Source: a virus (taxonomy: Duplodnaviria > Caudoviricetes). Taken from it: 40,649 nucleotides of DNA. A program made the translations under genes and the position numbers. The notes beneath the pieces were generated by a model, which did not search any database, was not told where the DNA came from, and worked only from the letters and a program-made list of their open reading frames with translations. The first letter of the stretch is position 1. Each line of letters starts with the position of its first letter. The stretch covers positions 1 through 40,649 of the IMG/VR virus record IMGVR_UViG_3300032243_001444; one strand, written 5' to 3'. Of this stretch, positions 1 through 7,750 are shown piece after piece.

Positions 1-503
1 AGGGTGGCAACGTTGCCGGTCATGATGTGAACATCGTTTCCGAACTTGTTCCTCATCAGGGTCAAAGCAGACTTCACCGAAGAATGATGACCGTGGGCTA
101 CGTCGATGCAGAAAGACCGACACCCAACATCATACAGAGCAGTAGCTCTCTCTAGAAAGTCCCCCGTTGCTCCGACGGCAACCATCACATTCGGAACCGT
201 TCTTTCAGGAGAAGACCTCAACTCAACGACCTTGAGGAATGACTTGACAGCCTCATCAATTGTGCAATATCGATGTAGAACTCCAAAGCCGCCGAGCTCA
301 TCCAACAACGCCGCTGCAGTCGGACCAATTACGGTATCCATAGGGGATCCTACAATTGGAGACATAAGGTCTGAATGGTTTGGCGTTAATCGTGCCGTTG
401 TCTCATCTAGACCAGTAACACTAAGATTCACATTAGATCGTGATTCAATCTCAGAATACTGAGGAGACAATAAAACGTCATCAAAACAAAGAGTTCGCTG
501 CAT
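1..503 (-). CDS. IMP dehydrogenase / GMP reductase family protein (GuaB/GuaC), N-terminal part, runs off the window; no CBS domain
   Basis: Not in the ORF track. Manual translation from ATG at 503: MQRTLCFDDVLLSPQYSEIESRS...IVGSPMDTV...GGFGVLHRY...VMVAVGATGD...IDVAHGH...IMTGNVAT. These are the canonical IMPDH/GMPR motifs in order, and the frame is open to the window edge. Confidence 0.92.
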   Translation of the reverse strand, partial: MQRTLCFDDVLLSPQYSEIESRSNVNLSVTGLDETTARLTPNHSDLMSPIVGSPMDTVIGPTAAALLDELGGFGVLHRYCTIDEAVKSFLKVVELRSSPERTVPNVMVAVGATGDFLERATALYDVGCRSFCIDVAHGHHSSVKSALTLMRNKFGNDVHIMTGNVAT

Positions 504-532
504 GCCTCAAATGTATTCCAATTGAGGCATGC
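500..532. promoter_or_regulatory. Perfect 11-bp inverted repeat covering the IMPDH/GMPR start codon and putative promoter
   Basis: GCATGCCTCAA (500-510) and TTGAGGCATGC (522-532). Minus-strand TTGTAA (534-539)-N18-TACATT (510-515)-N6-ATG. Confidence 0.6.
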
Positions 533-548
533 TTTACAAACCAAAGTT

Positions 549-1139
549 TCATTGATCGTCTTCAGTTGAATCTGTTTCAGAAACAAATCCCCAGTCACCA
601 CGCATCCATGCTCTCATTTCCTCTTGGGTAACACGAGCATGAGCCTCATTGAGGTTGTTGGACTTGAGGTTACGAGATCCTTCCATTGGCATATTCATTC
701 CGACAGGTTCAACTGCGGCTGGAACTCCTTGGTAGGATCTCATCTCTTCATCGCCCATGAGATAACCGTGGACCTGTTGAAGGTTTTCATGAGCCACGGC
801 AACGTGATCTTGAACCCAAGCAGGAAGTTGATCTTCAGAATCAAGAAGACCGCAGATATCTTCAGCCATCTGTTTCATGGAAGCCATGCGAGACTTGACC
901 ATGTATCCTTCATCATCATGTGGATGACCTTCATCTGAACCGTGGAGGAATTGTTGGTGGTCGTGTCCTGGTTCTGGCATGGCATCTCCAGAAACATATC
1001 CCCAATCGCCGTTCTTCCATGCAGCCATTTCATCATCTGTGATTCTTGTCATTGCCTCGGACAGGTTTTTCTTGCCTGAAGTAGCCTTTTTGACTTCTTC
1101 ATGAATGATTTGCTTGAGTCGTGTAGTCGTTAATTTCAT
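549..1139 (-). CDS. Phage protein with 'LKQIIHEE' leader and a duplicated 26-aa motif; candidate internal head protein
   Basis: Starts MKLTTTRLKQIIHEE. Repeats NLSEAMTRITDDEMAAWKNGDWGYVS and NLNEAHARVTQEEMRAWMRGDWGFVS. Central EGYMVKS...LPAWVQDHV helical domain of a type seen in large-phage hypotheticals. Confidence 0.7.
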   Translation of the reverse strand: MKLTTTRLKQIIHEEVKKATSGKKNLSEAMTRITDDEMAAWKNGDWGYVSGDAMPEPGHDHQQFLHGSDEGHPHDDEGYMVKSRMASMKQMAEDICGLLDSEDQLPAWVQDHVAVAHENLQQVHGYLMGDEEMRSYQGVPAAVEPVGMNMPMEGSRNLKSNNLNEAHARVTQEEMRAWMRGDWGFVSETDSTEDDQ

Positions 1140-1318
1140 GACTTCTTCTTTTTCTTTTTTGGAACGCAGTTTGGTACTCTTTTACCATTTTTTTCTTTAA
1201 AGCCTATAGCTTCATATCCTGACCAACAAGCTCCTGGAAGACCTTCCTCTTCTTCTGATAAGCTTTTCTCTATTTCTTCTTTAATAAGATTTCGTAGTTC
1301 AGCTATTGTAATTTTCAT
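1136..1318 (-). CDS. Small phage protein with 'LRNLIKEE' leader and CWxGY...VPNCVP motif
   Basis: MKITIAELRNLIKEE...CWSGYEAIGFKEKNGKRVPNCVPK. Stop overlaps the next start (ATGA). Confidence 0.75.
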   Translation of the reverse strand: MKITIAELRNLIKEEIEKSLSEEEEGLPGACWSGYEAIGFKEKNGKRVPNCVPKKKKKKS

Positions 1319-1321
1319 GAT

Positions 1322-1882
1322 TCATACCAATGTTCTAGAAACTCTTTGTTTTAAAAGATAGACGTGGCTTTCATGTTTGTCTTCGATACCAGCAAGCATG
1401 TTATCAAGACCGTGTGTCATCATTCCACACCCTTTAAGGGTGTCACAAAGATGCTTCATAACCAAAAGGAAATTCATTTCAGCGAGTAAAGACTTACGAG
1501 CAAGTTCAGAAGATTGAGGAATCGTCGAAGCGGATCCGTGACCAACAATCAACTTTAGAAGTTGATGATACTGAAGATGAAGATTGACATTTTGCGTAGA
1601 ACCAAGACCGATAGCTTTTTCAGCAACAGCGTCGATCTCTTCGGCTATTCCTTTGTAAAGTCTTTCAAACAAAAGATGATCGCCATAATATGGATCACCC
1701 ATTGCAGTCCAGTGATGATTCTGATGAAGCGCAGCAAGGTATTTCAAATGAACAAGTGCTACTGAAAGTTCAGGATAAGGTGTTCCTCCCCACTCTGCAA
1801 TCATATTTTCTGTTATGACTTGAACGTTAGGTTCAACAGTCAACATAACTTCCATAGATTCAGAAAGTCTCTTCTTCATCAC
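1322..1882 (-). CDS. dps: Dps / ferritin-like DNA-protection protein
   Basis: HQNHHWTAMGDPYYGDHLLFERLYKGIAEEIDAVAEK matches the Dps ferroxidase signature HW..G....H..FE..Y......D..AE. C-terminal EDKHESHVYLL helix. Confidence 0.8.
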   Translation of the reverse strand: MMKKRLSESMEVMLTVEPNVQVITENMIAEWGGTPYPELSVALVHLKYLAALHQNHHWTAMGDPYYGDHLLFERLYKGIAEEIDAVAEKAIGLGSTQNVNLHLQYHQLLKLIVGHGSASTIPQSSELARKSLLAEMNFLLVMKHLCDTLKGCGMMTHGLDNMLAGIEDKHESHVYLLKQRVSRTLV

Positions 1883-2961
1883 TTTAACTCCAGTTTAAAA
1901 GTAATTTTGTTCGCAGAATCAGGATGAAGATCCCAATTTAGCTTGAACGGTTCACCAGCCATTCTTTGTTTATCATTCCAGTTCTTTACAAAAGTATCTA
2001 ATGCAATCTCATCAATTCTTCTAGGCGCGTTTAGATGAGGTAGCTTACAAGAAACAGGAATTTTATTTATTGATAAGCCTTCGTTAATCTTGTACTTCAT
2101 GATTGCTGGAGGTAACGACGCATATTTAATACCAAAAATTACATCACACTTATTAAGATATTCTTGCGGTGATAGTGATTCATCTAATAATAGATCAACA
2201 GGATCTTCAAAGTCTTCGACCATCACAAAAGACCCTCTATGATCGATGCTCTCTTTTAATCCTAAATCTTTAGACCTAGCATCATCAAAACTCTTGAGAA
2301 TCTCGTCCATTTTTTCCATTAATTTTCCTGCGTCAACAGGCAATCGTGTGGTCGCTCTGACAGAAGAACAATATTGCTTTACAGCTGGAGTTTTCCAAGT
2401 CGTGTCTAAAGTACGACCATAATCTTGAATCAATTTTCTAGCAACGTCTTCATACCATGCATCGCTTAACATATCTTCATCAGCATGTTTTGCAGAAGCT
2501 TCAAGAGCTGAAACTGCACCTGCAGCTTCAAAAAGTGTTCGGTGTTCAACAATGTCTTTTAACCCAATGTCTTTTGGAAAGGCTTGTGAAGCTTTCTTTA
2601 CCATCTTTAATGGTGCTTTCTTTGCGGCAGCAAGACGAACTGATTCGTCTGAATCGAACAACATTGAAACAGCCGCATTTTCAGGAAGAACTCTTGCAAC
2701 AAACTTTCTTACTTCAGCAGATTCGTGATTGGCCATTCCTAACGCTAAAAGACGAGGAAATTTAACTGTATTTAAACGCCCTTGATATTCAATAACGTCC
2801 AAACGTTCATTGGCTGTCTCAACCAAAGACTTTAAATCATCTCTGACAATTACAGAAGGCCCGAAAGTCTTTTTAATTTCATCACAAAATGCATCAACAT
2901 GCTTCTTTTCTTGCAACGTCTGTTTAACAACTCGTTGTAGATCCGATAACTTCAAGCGCAT
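1879..2961 (-). CDS. Hypothetical phage protein with leader motif and short HEAT/LRV-like repeats
   Basis: Starts MRLKLSDLQRVVKQTLQE. Repeats ESAEVRKFVARVL and DSDESVRLAAAKK. AGGAG RBS upstream. Confidence 0.7.
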   Translation of the reverse strand: MRLKLSDLQRVVKQTLQEKKHVDAFCDEIKKTFGPSVIVRDDLKSLVETANERLDVIEYQGRLNTVKFPRLLALGMANHESAEVRKFVARVLPENAAVSMLFDSDESVRLAAAKKAPLKMVKKASQAFPKDIGLKDIVEHRTLFEAAGAVSALEASAKHADEDMLSDAWYEDVARKLIQDYGRTLDTTWKTPAVKQYCSSVRATTRLPVDAGKLMEKMDEILKSFDDARSKDLGLKESIDHRGSFVMVEDFEDPVDLLLDESLSPQEYLNKCDVIFGIKYASLPPAIMKYKINEGLSINKIPVSCKLPHLNAPRRIDEIALDTFVKNWNDKQRMAGEPFKLNWDLHPDSANKITFKLELK

Positions 2962-3020
2962 GGGTATAAAACTCCTAGCATAACTATTCTCAACGAGAGC
3001 ACTTTATGCATTGATAATAT

Positions 3021-3551
3021 TTAAATTCTCACAAACATTGACCAATCATCATGCCACACGGATGACTTAGATAAATCCCAAAAATGTAAGGCAGATGGTT
3101 CTGTTGGTTTTTTAGAAAGATGCATTCCTGATTCTTCTAAAGATTTGCCACCTTTCTTTCTATTACACATCTTACAAGCAGCAACACAATTGTACCATGA
3201 TGTTGGCCCACCTTTACAAACTGGTACAACGTGATCTACAGTTATTCCTTGATATGTTAATTCTATTCCACAATATTGACAACACCAAGAATCTCTATTG
3301 AAAAGGACACGTTTTTGAAACCTAGGAGGTCTCCTAATTCCTTTTCTAACTACGTAGTTCTTAAGACGCAACACGGCTGGCAATTTAAAGTTATAAGAGC
3401 AGCTTGTATACTCATCATCCCAATAAGCTGGCTTGCCAGTTAAGCCAGATTGAGGATCTGCACGGCCACTAAGCATTAGTTTAATTGCTCTGACTTCATT
3501 AATGAACTGTAAAGGTTCACCATTGGAATTTAATAAAAGCGATCTCTTCAT
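3021..3551 (-). CDS. HNH endonuclease
   Basis: LLLNSNGEPL N-terminus, PAVLRL, RDSWCCQYCG...TVDHVVPVCKGG...WYNCVAACKMCNRKKG (HNH zinc-finger motif). Confidence 0.92.
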   Translation of the reverse strand: MKRSLLLNSNGEPLQFINEVRAIKLMLSGRADPQSGLTGKPAYWDDEYTSCSYNFKLPAVLRLKNYVVRKGIRRPPRFQKRVLFNRDSWCCQYCGIELTYQGITVDHVVPVCKGGPTSWYNCVAACKMCNRKKGGKSLEESGMHLSKKPTEPSALHFWDLSKSSVWHDDWSMFVRI

Positions 3552-3566
3552 AACCGCACTTAATAA

Positions 3567-4400
3567 TTAAATCGAAATTGCACTCGCCAACTGCGGATTT
3601 CCATAATTTGCATTTCCAACTTTTACAGTTAAGTTATTCAATAAGTCATCATCATAATGACTATGAAGATGTCCAGACAAAACAGTAAACTTAACGTTTG
3701 GATAAGCTTTAGCTGCAGCCATTAAAGTATCACCCATTAATTTAGATGTATACCATGGTAAAATCTCAAGCGCAGATGATCCCTTATACTTTTCAGATGC
3801 ATTAAAACTTTCTTTAAAGGGAGGAACATGAGTCATTACGATAATGTGTCGACTGCTTTTTATTGCAGATTTAATACCATTGGCTACATGATTTGCTGAT
3901 TGTTGCGCTAACGTTCTGGCAATCTGAATGATAACATTTTTATTTAAAGTACGACCTCCAAATGAAGCTCGTAAAGCAGAATTAAAATCTGCTATCTTTA
4001 GCCAATCATTCATCAAAAAGTTATCATTATATGGATCACCATTTTGTGCATCATACCATCCATCATGGCCGACTAAGTTAACACCATCATCTAATTTGAT
4101 GTACGGTACATTTGATATGTACTTCAGATAAGATGATGAATTACATAAATTAGCCACTCTACGTCTTACAATCCCAATGTTAGATCCGTAATAATCATGA
4201 TTTCCTAAAACAAAATAAATGGGTTTTTGAAAAACTGATTCCAAAAAAGAAAGATGATCAACAAGCATATCAGAAATTGATATGTCACCTGTAATTAAAA
4301 TAGCATCTGAGTTTCGCGTTGCATTATTGATGGCTTCGATTTTACCGACAACATCACCAACCATGTCAAGATGAATATCTGTCATCCATGCTAGTCGCAT
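3567..4400 (-). CDS. Calcineurin-like metallophosphoesterase
   Basis: All five motifs present: TDIHLD, TGDIS, LGNHD, MTHVPP, SGHLH. Confidence 0.92.
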   Translation of the reverse strand: MRLAWMTDIHLDMVGDVVGKIEAINNATRNSDAILITGDISISDMLVDHLSFLESVFQKPIYFVLGNHDYYGSNIGIVRRRVANLCNSSSYLKYISNVPYIKLDDGVNLVGHDGWYDAQNGDPYNDNFLMNDWLKIADFNSALRASFGGRTLNKNVIIQIARTLAQQSANHVANGIKSAIKSSRHIIVMTHVPPFKESFNASEKYKGSSALEILPWYTSKLMGDTLMAAAKAYPNVKFTVLSGHLHSHYDDDLLNNLTVKVGNANYGNPQLASAISI

Positions 4401-4828
4401 CTAATAATTCCTAACTTTGTCTTTCGATCATCATCACACTTGTCGCAAAGGGTTTTAATCCACCCACCTCCACGCTCTTTGCCTGGGCAACCACAAGACT
4501 CGCAAGTCCTGTGGGTCAAAGATTCAGCCATCATGACCATTCCCTCTACGACTTCATCACCACCGTGATAATAAAACCGAAGGGTGCCGTACTTCTCTTT
4601 TACCTGATCAGCAACGACTTGCATGGCATCTCGTTCATCTTCAGGAAGATCCTTGTACTTCCAGTCTAGATAGTGTTGGATTTCATGGCACAGGATGTCG
4701 ATGACATCGAACCACCCTGAACCACATTCGAATCCCCATGCCATGCATGTATCCATGATCGAACCATCACGGTTCTTGAAGATCTTTGGATACTTTTGAC
4801 AGAGAAACTTGTCTTCATCTTCGGTCAT
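4391..4828 (-). CDS. Conserved phage hypothetical protein (QVKEKxGxLRFY family, C-terminal CxxC pairs)
   Basis: GFECGSGWF...QVKEKYGTLRFYY...TCESCGCPG...WIKTLCDKC. Start moved to ATG 4828, 6 nt downstream of a TATTAT -10 box. Confidence 0.75.
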   Translation of the reverse strand: MTEDEDKFLCQKYPKIFKNRDGSIMDTCMAWGFECGSGWFDVIDILCHEIQHYLDWKYKDLPEDERDAMQVVADQVKEKYGTLRFYYHGGDEVVEGMVMMAESLTHRTCESCGCPGKERGGGWIKTLCDKCDDDRKTKLGIIRCD

Positions 4829-4847
4829 AATAAGATAATACAAACGA

Positions 4848-4882
4848 TTCAACGCTTTTACACGTAATGTAAAAGCGTTGAA
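4848..4882. promoter_or_regulatory. Perfect 15-bp hairpin (terminator or operator) overlapping a putative -35 box
   Basis: TTCAACGCTTTTACA (4848-4862), loop CGTAA, TGTAAAAGCGTTGAA (4868-4882). Confidence 0.65.
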
Positions 4883-4917
4883 AATTAAAAAGTTAATTGA
4901 GAAAGATTAACGGTTAA

Positions 4918-5481
4918 TCATTCATCATCTGCGCCAACGGCCGTTGCAAATTGTTGCGCGGGGCGACCAGAACCAGCTAGCGTGCGACCGTAGCTGCGTT
5001 TTTCTGCACCTGGATCTTGAGGTGTCATCTTGGCACCTGACAAATTTGAAGCATACTTCTTTGCAGCATCACCGAATAATGAACCAGCAATATCAGCGAT
5101 GTCAGCTTCGTCAGCTTTGTAACCCTTTGACTTTAAATCCTTCGCGATAGAAGCAATGACTCCATCAATCTTTTGAGCAACTGATGCTTGAACGCTGGCT
5201 ACTGCTGATCTATTCTTATCCTGGCGATCAGACTCTTCAGCCTTTTCACGCTCGCCTTTAGCAGCTTCCTTACCCTTCGTATATTCATCTTTAGCTTTAC
5301 CTACAACAGCTTTGATGCCGCCGAAGATATCGCTAAGCGCCTCATCAAGATCGCCAGTCTCCATACGCTCAGCAATCAAACGAACGCGAGCTTCAGTGAT
5401 TTTATGACCAGACTTCTCTAACAAAACCCTAGCATACTCTTCTCTGATGATCTTTTGTAAATCTGACTTGTTGATTTGCAT
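4918..5481 (-). CDS. Phage protein with 'LQKIIREE' leader; candidate internal head protein
   Basis: Start moved to ATG 5481 (MQINKSDLQKIIREE), which has a GGAG RBS and ATATTTA upstream. Several L/I-x-E sites. Confidence 0.7.
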   Translation of the reverse strand: MQINKSDLQKIIREEYARVLLEKSGHKITEARVRLIAERMETGDLDEALSDIFGGIKAVVGKAKDEYTKGKEAAKGEREKAEESDRQDKNRSAVASVQASVAQKIDGVIASIAKDLKSKGYKADEADIADIAGSLFGDAAKKYASNLSGAKMTPQDPGAEKRSYGRTLAGSGRPAQQFATAVGADDE

Positions 5482-5535
5482 GGAAAATTTCTCCGATAAT
5501 GGTGTGATTAAATATATCACAACAAGGGAAGTCAT

Positions 5536-5572
5536 AAAAGAAAAAGGCCTAAATTTCTTTTAGGCCTTTTTC
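5536..5572 (-). terminator. Rho-independent terminator after hsp20
   Basis: Stem GAAAAAGGCCTAAA (5540-5553) / TTTAGGCCTTTTTC (5559-5572) with a U-tract on the minus strand. Confidence 0.8.
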
Positions 5573-5592
5573 AAAAATGCGTACATTAACGT

Positions 5593-5949
5593 TTATGATT
5601 GAACACTAATCTTCTTAACTGACGATTCAGGAACCTTTTTTGGTAGCTTAATATCTAGCAACCCGTCTTGAAGTTTGGCACTAACCGTGTCTATATCAAC
5701 TGTAGATTTCAAATTATAAACATAACTAAATTCTTTTCCATGACGAGATTTTCCAGTCACTTTTAAAGTCTTGCCATCAACAGTAACATCTACATCGGAT
5801 GGTTTAACGCCAGGTAACTCAATTTTGATTCCTTCTTCATCGATAGAATCGTGTCGTTGATCTAATGAATCAAATTCATTTAATAACTTGAAAGTATCAA
5901 AGATATCAAACGCAGGTGTGCGAACGGTATTGTAGTACCTAGACAACAT
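5593..5949 (-). CDS. Small heat-shock protein (Hsp20 / alpha-crystallin)
   Basis: IELPGVKPSDVDVTVDGKTLKVTG...AKLQDGLLDIKLPK...KKISV. AAGGAG RBS. Confidence 0.93.
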   Translation of the reverse strand: MLSRYYNTVRTPAFDIFDTFKLLNEFDSLDQRHDSIDEEGIKIELPGVKPSDVDVTVDGKTLKVTGKSRHGKEFSYVYNLKSTVDIDTVSAKLQDGLLDIKLPKKVPESSVKKISVQS

Positions 5950-5970
5950 TTCTATTTTCTCCTTATTAAT

Positions 5971-5994
5971 ACGATAAGATCGCCGTCTTATCGT
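5971..5994 (-). promoter_or_regulatory. Hairpin in the hsp20 5' leader
   Basis: ACGATAAGA (5971-5979) / TCTTATCGT (5986-5994). Further upstream on the minus strand: TTGCGT-N18-TATAAT. Confidence 0.45.
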
Positions 5995-6051
5995 TTGTTG
6001 CTGGCATGATAACCATCATTATAAAGATGAAAAGGGGTAAAACGCAACTTT

Positions 6052-6417
6052 TTAATATCCGTTTTCGATACGATTGATGTTGACTTTTCCTTTGTTCATA
6101 TATGAATGATAAAGTTCTTCAAGAGAAACGCCACTAAGAATTGCAATTTCAAAGAAATAGTGCAAAGCGTCAACTAACTCTTCTACATAACCTTCCCTAT
6201 CAAAGTCTTTGACATCTGTTGCGCGATGATCCTTCGAGTTTTTCAACATCTGGTTGGCCTCGAACAACTCGTGCATACACTCATGAGTGATTCCTTTGAG
6301 GAGCTTTTGGCCAGACTTGGTCGTCATATCGACTGGAAATTTGGTGAAGTCCCTACGCTCTTGAAGAAGCAACATAAACTTTTCCTGTTGTTCCCACATT
6401 TCTTGTAGCTTGTCCAT
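6052..6417 (-). CDS. All-alpha dNTP pyrophosphatase (dimeric dUTPase / T4 gp56 dCTPase / MazG-like)
   Basis: ExxE...EExxD pattern: HELFEANQMLKN...YVEELVDALHYF; C-terminal KGKVNINRIENGY. Start at ATG 6417 chosen on GAGG spacing. Confidence 0.8.
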   Translation of the reverse strand: MDKLQEMWEQQEKFMLLLQERRDFTKFPVDMTTKSGQKLLKGITHECMHELFEANQMLKNSKDHRATDVKDFDREGYVEELVDALHYFFEIAILSGVSLEELYHSYMNKGKVNINRIENGY

Positions 6418-6418
6418 T

Positions 6419-6490
6419 TTATTCATCCTCAACAAAAATTAATCGTACAGCGATTAAGATTGCAATCGCTATAAATCCAATAATCTTCAT
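6419..6490 (-). CDS. 23-aa hydrophobic small protein (single-pass membrane peptide)
   Basis: MKIIGFIAIAILIAVRLIFVEDE*. Fills the gap between the neighbouring genes almost exactly; below the ORF-track length cutoff. Confidence 0.5.
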   Translation of the reverse strand: MKIIGFIAIAILIAVRLIFVEDE

Positions 6491-6495
6491 TGGAT

Positions 6496-6762
6496 TCAAC
6501 TGTCAAAAATGATCTTTGTGTTAACTGAATTTGACATGTCTGTCTGTGACTTCAACTTCTCTAGATCTTCAAGATATTTCTTGTGCATCTCAAGAACTTG
6601 AGATTCATACTGAGGACATAGAGTAACGGTGTCAGAATTTGACTCGTCGACAACAAGACGTACTTGTCGCATAAGGTCAGCACCGTCTACGCCAAGAAGC
6701 ACGGCCTCTTGAAAGATTTGAATAAAACGCATTGCAACTGAATCTGAAATCTTGTAACTCAT
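6496..6762 (-). CDS. Hypothetical phage protein
   Basis: 88-aa ORF in the dominant orientation with TTGATA-N18-TAAGAT-N6-ATG upstream. Confidence 0.7.
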   Translation of the reverse strand: MSYKISDSVAMRFIQIFQEAVLLGVDGADLMRQVRLVVDESNSDTVTLCPQYESQVLEMHKKYLEDLEKLKSQTDMSNSVNTKIIFDS

Positions 6763-6794
6763 GTTACAATCTTACATTTATTCTTTTGGTTGTA

Positions 6795-7736
6795 TCAACC
6801 CATTGAAAAGTCGAAAGATACTTCACAAGTATCTGCATCAACTTCGCACATGGCTCCGATTGGAATGGGAGAAACTATAGGACCATGAGAAAATGGGTAT
6901 CCGAAAGTACATGGAACTCCATTCGAAAAATATCGTTGAATGACACCATCTATAGCGTCATCTTCGTTTTTTCCGGAATCGCAAAACTCACCTATCACAA
7001 ATCCTGCAGCTTCGTTCATAACTCCAGCAAGCTGCATGTGTAAAAATTCACGATCTAAAACTATTGCACCTTTGTGCACATCTTCTATAAAGACTATCTT
7101 GTCTTTAAAATCATAAGCAAACGGCGTACCTAAAAGGCGTGTAAACGTATCAACGTTACCTCCTACAACAATGCCTCTTGCAAAACCAGGCGAAACTGTT
7201 CGTGGAACAACCCTGCTATGACTAAAAGGTCTAGATCCCCAAGGGGCATCAGACATCATAAGTCTCAATGTCATAAACAAAGAATCAACTTCCAGCTGAC
7301 GGTTGTTTTCACCTTTATCTAAATGAATACTCGGTAACTGACCACTAATCGTAATTAATCCAGAATACATTAATATTCCAGAACTCAAAGCAGAAAGGTC
7401 TGATCGACCTAAGAAAGGTTTTCTACTTTCTCGAATAAGATCATAATCCAAGTGTGGAAGCAAAGCAGCAGATCCTTCGCCTCCATTCGTACAAATAACA
7501 GCTGCAATTTCAGGAGCGCTAAAAGCCCATGTAAGTTCATCAATTCTATCAGCAAGAGGTGCTGAAGAATGTTGAACAGTTTTAACGTTCTTTACACAAG
7601 GACCTAAGACAGGTATTAGACCTGCTTCTCGAATAACATCCAATCCTTCCATCAAACGATCTGGATGTACTGGTGAAGCCGGCGATACTATTGCTACTCT
7701 AGATCCTTTTAGTAATCTTTTTGGAGGTATATACAC
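6795..7736 (-). CDS. ldcA: LD-carboxypeptidase (peptidase S66, LdcA/MccF family)
   Basis: VAIVSPAS, GGEGS, GRSD (catalytic Ser), GGN, FIED (Glu), FSHG (His), PIPIGA. GTG start. Confidence 0.88.
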   Translation of the reverse strand: MYIPPKRLLKGSRVAIVSPASPVHPDRLMEGLDVIREAGLIPVLGPCVKNVKTVQHSSAPLADRIDELTWAFSAPEIAAVICTNGGEGSAALLPHLDYDLIRESRKPFLGRSDLSALSSGILMYSGLITISGQLPSIHLDKGENNRQLEVDSLFMTLRLMMSDAPWGSRPFSHSRVVPRTVSPGFARGIVVGGNVDTFTRLLGTPFAYDFKDKIVFIEDVHKGAIVLDREFLHMQLAGVMNEAAGFVIGEFCDSGKNEDDAIDGVIQRYFSNGVPCTFGYPFSHGPIVSPIPIGAMCEVDADTCEVSFDFSMG

Positions 7737-7750
7737 GATATCTCTAAATA

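Noticed and set aside
106-938. Plus-strand ORFs 106-462, 440-631 and 624-938
   Set aside because: They are antisense shadows of the IMPDH/GMPR gene and the 549-1139 gene, with no motifs.
3021-4400. HNH + metallophosphoesterase as a defence or SbcD/gp47 module
   Set aside because: No partner ATPase or methyltransferase nearby, and both families are common stand-alone phage genes.
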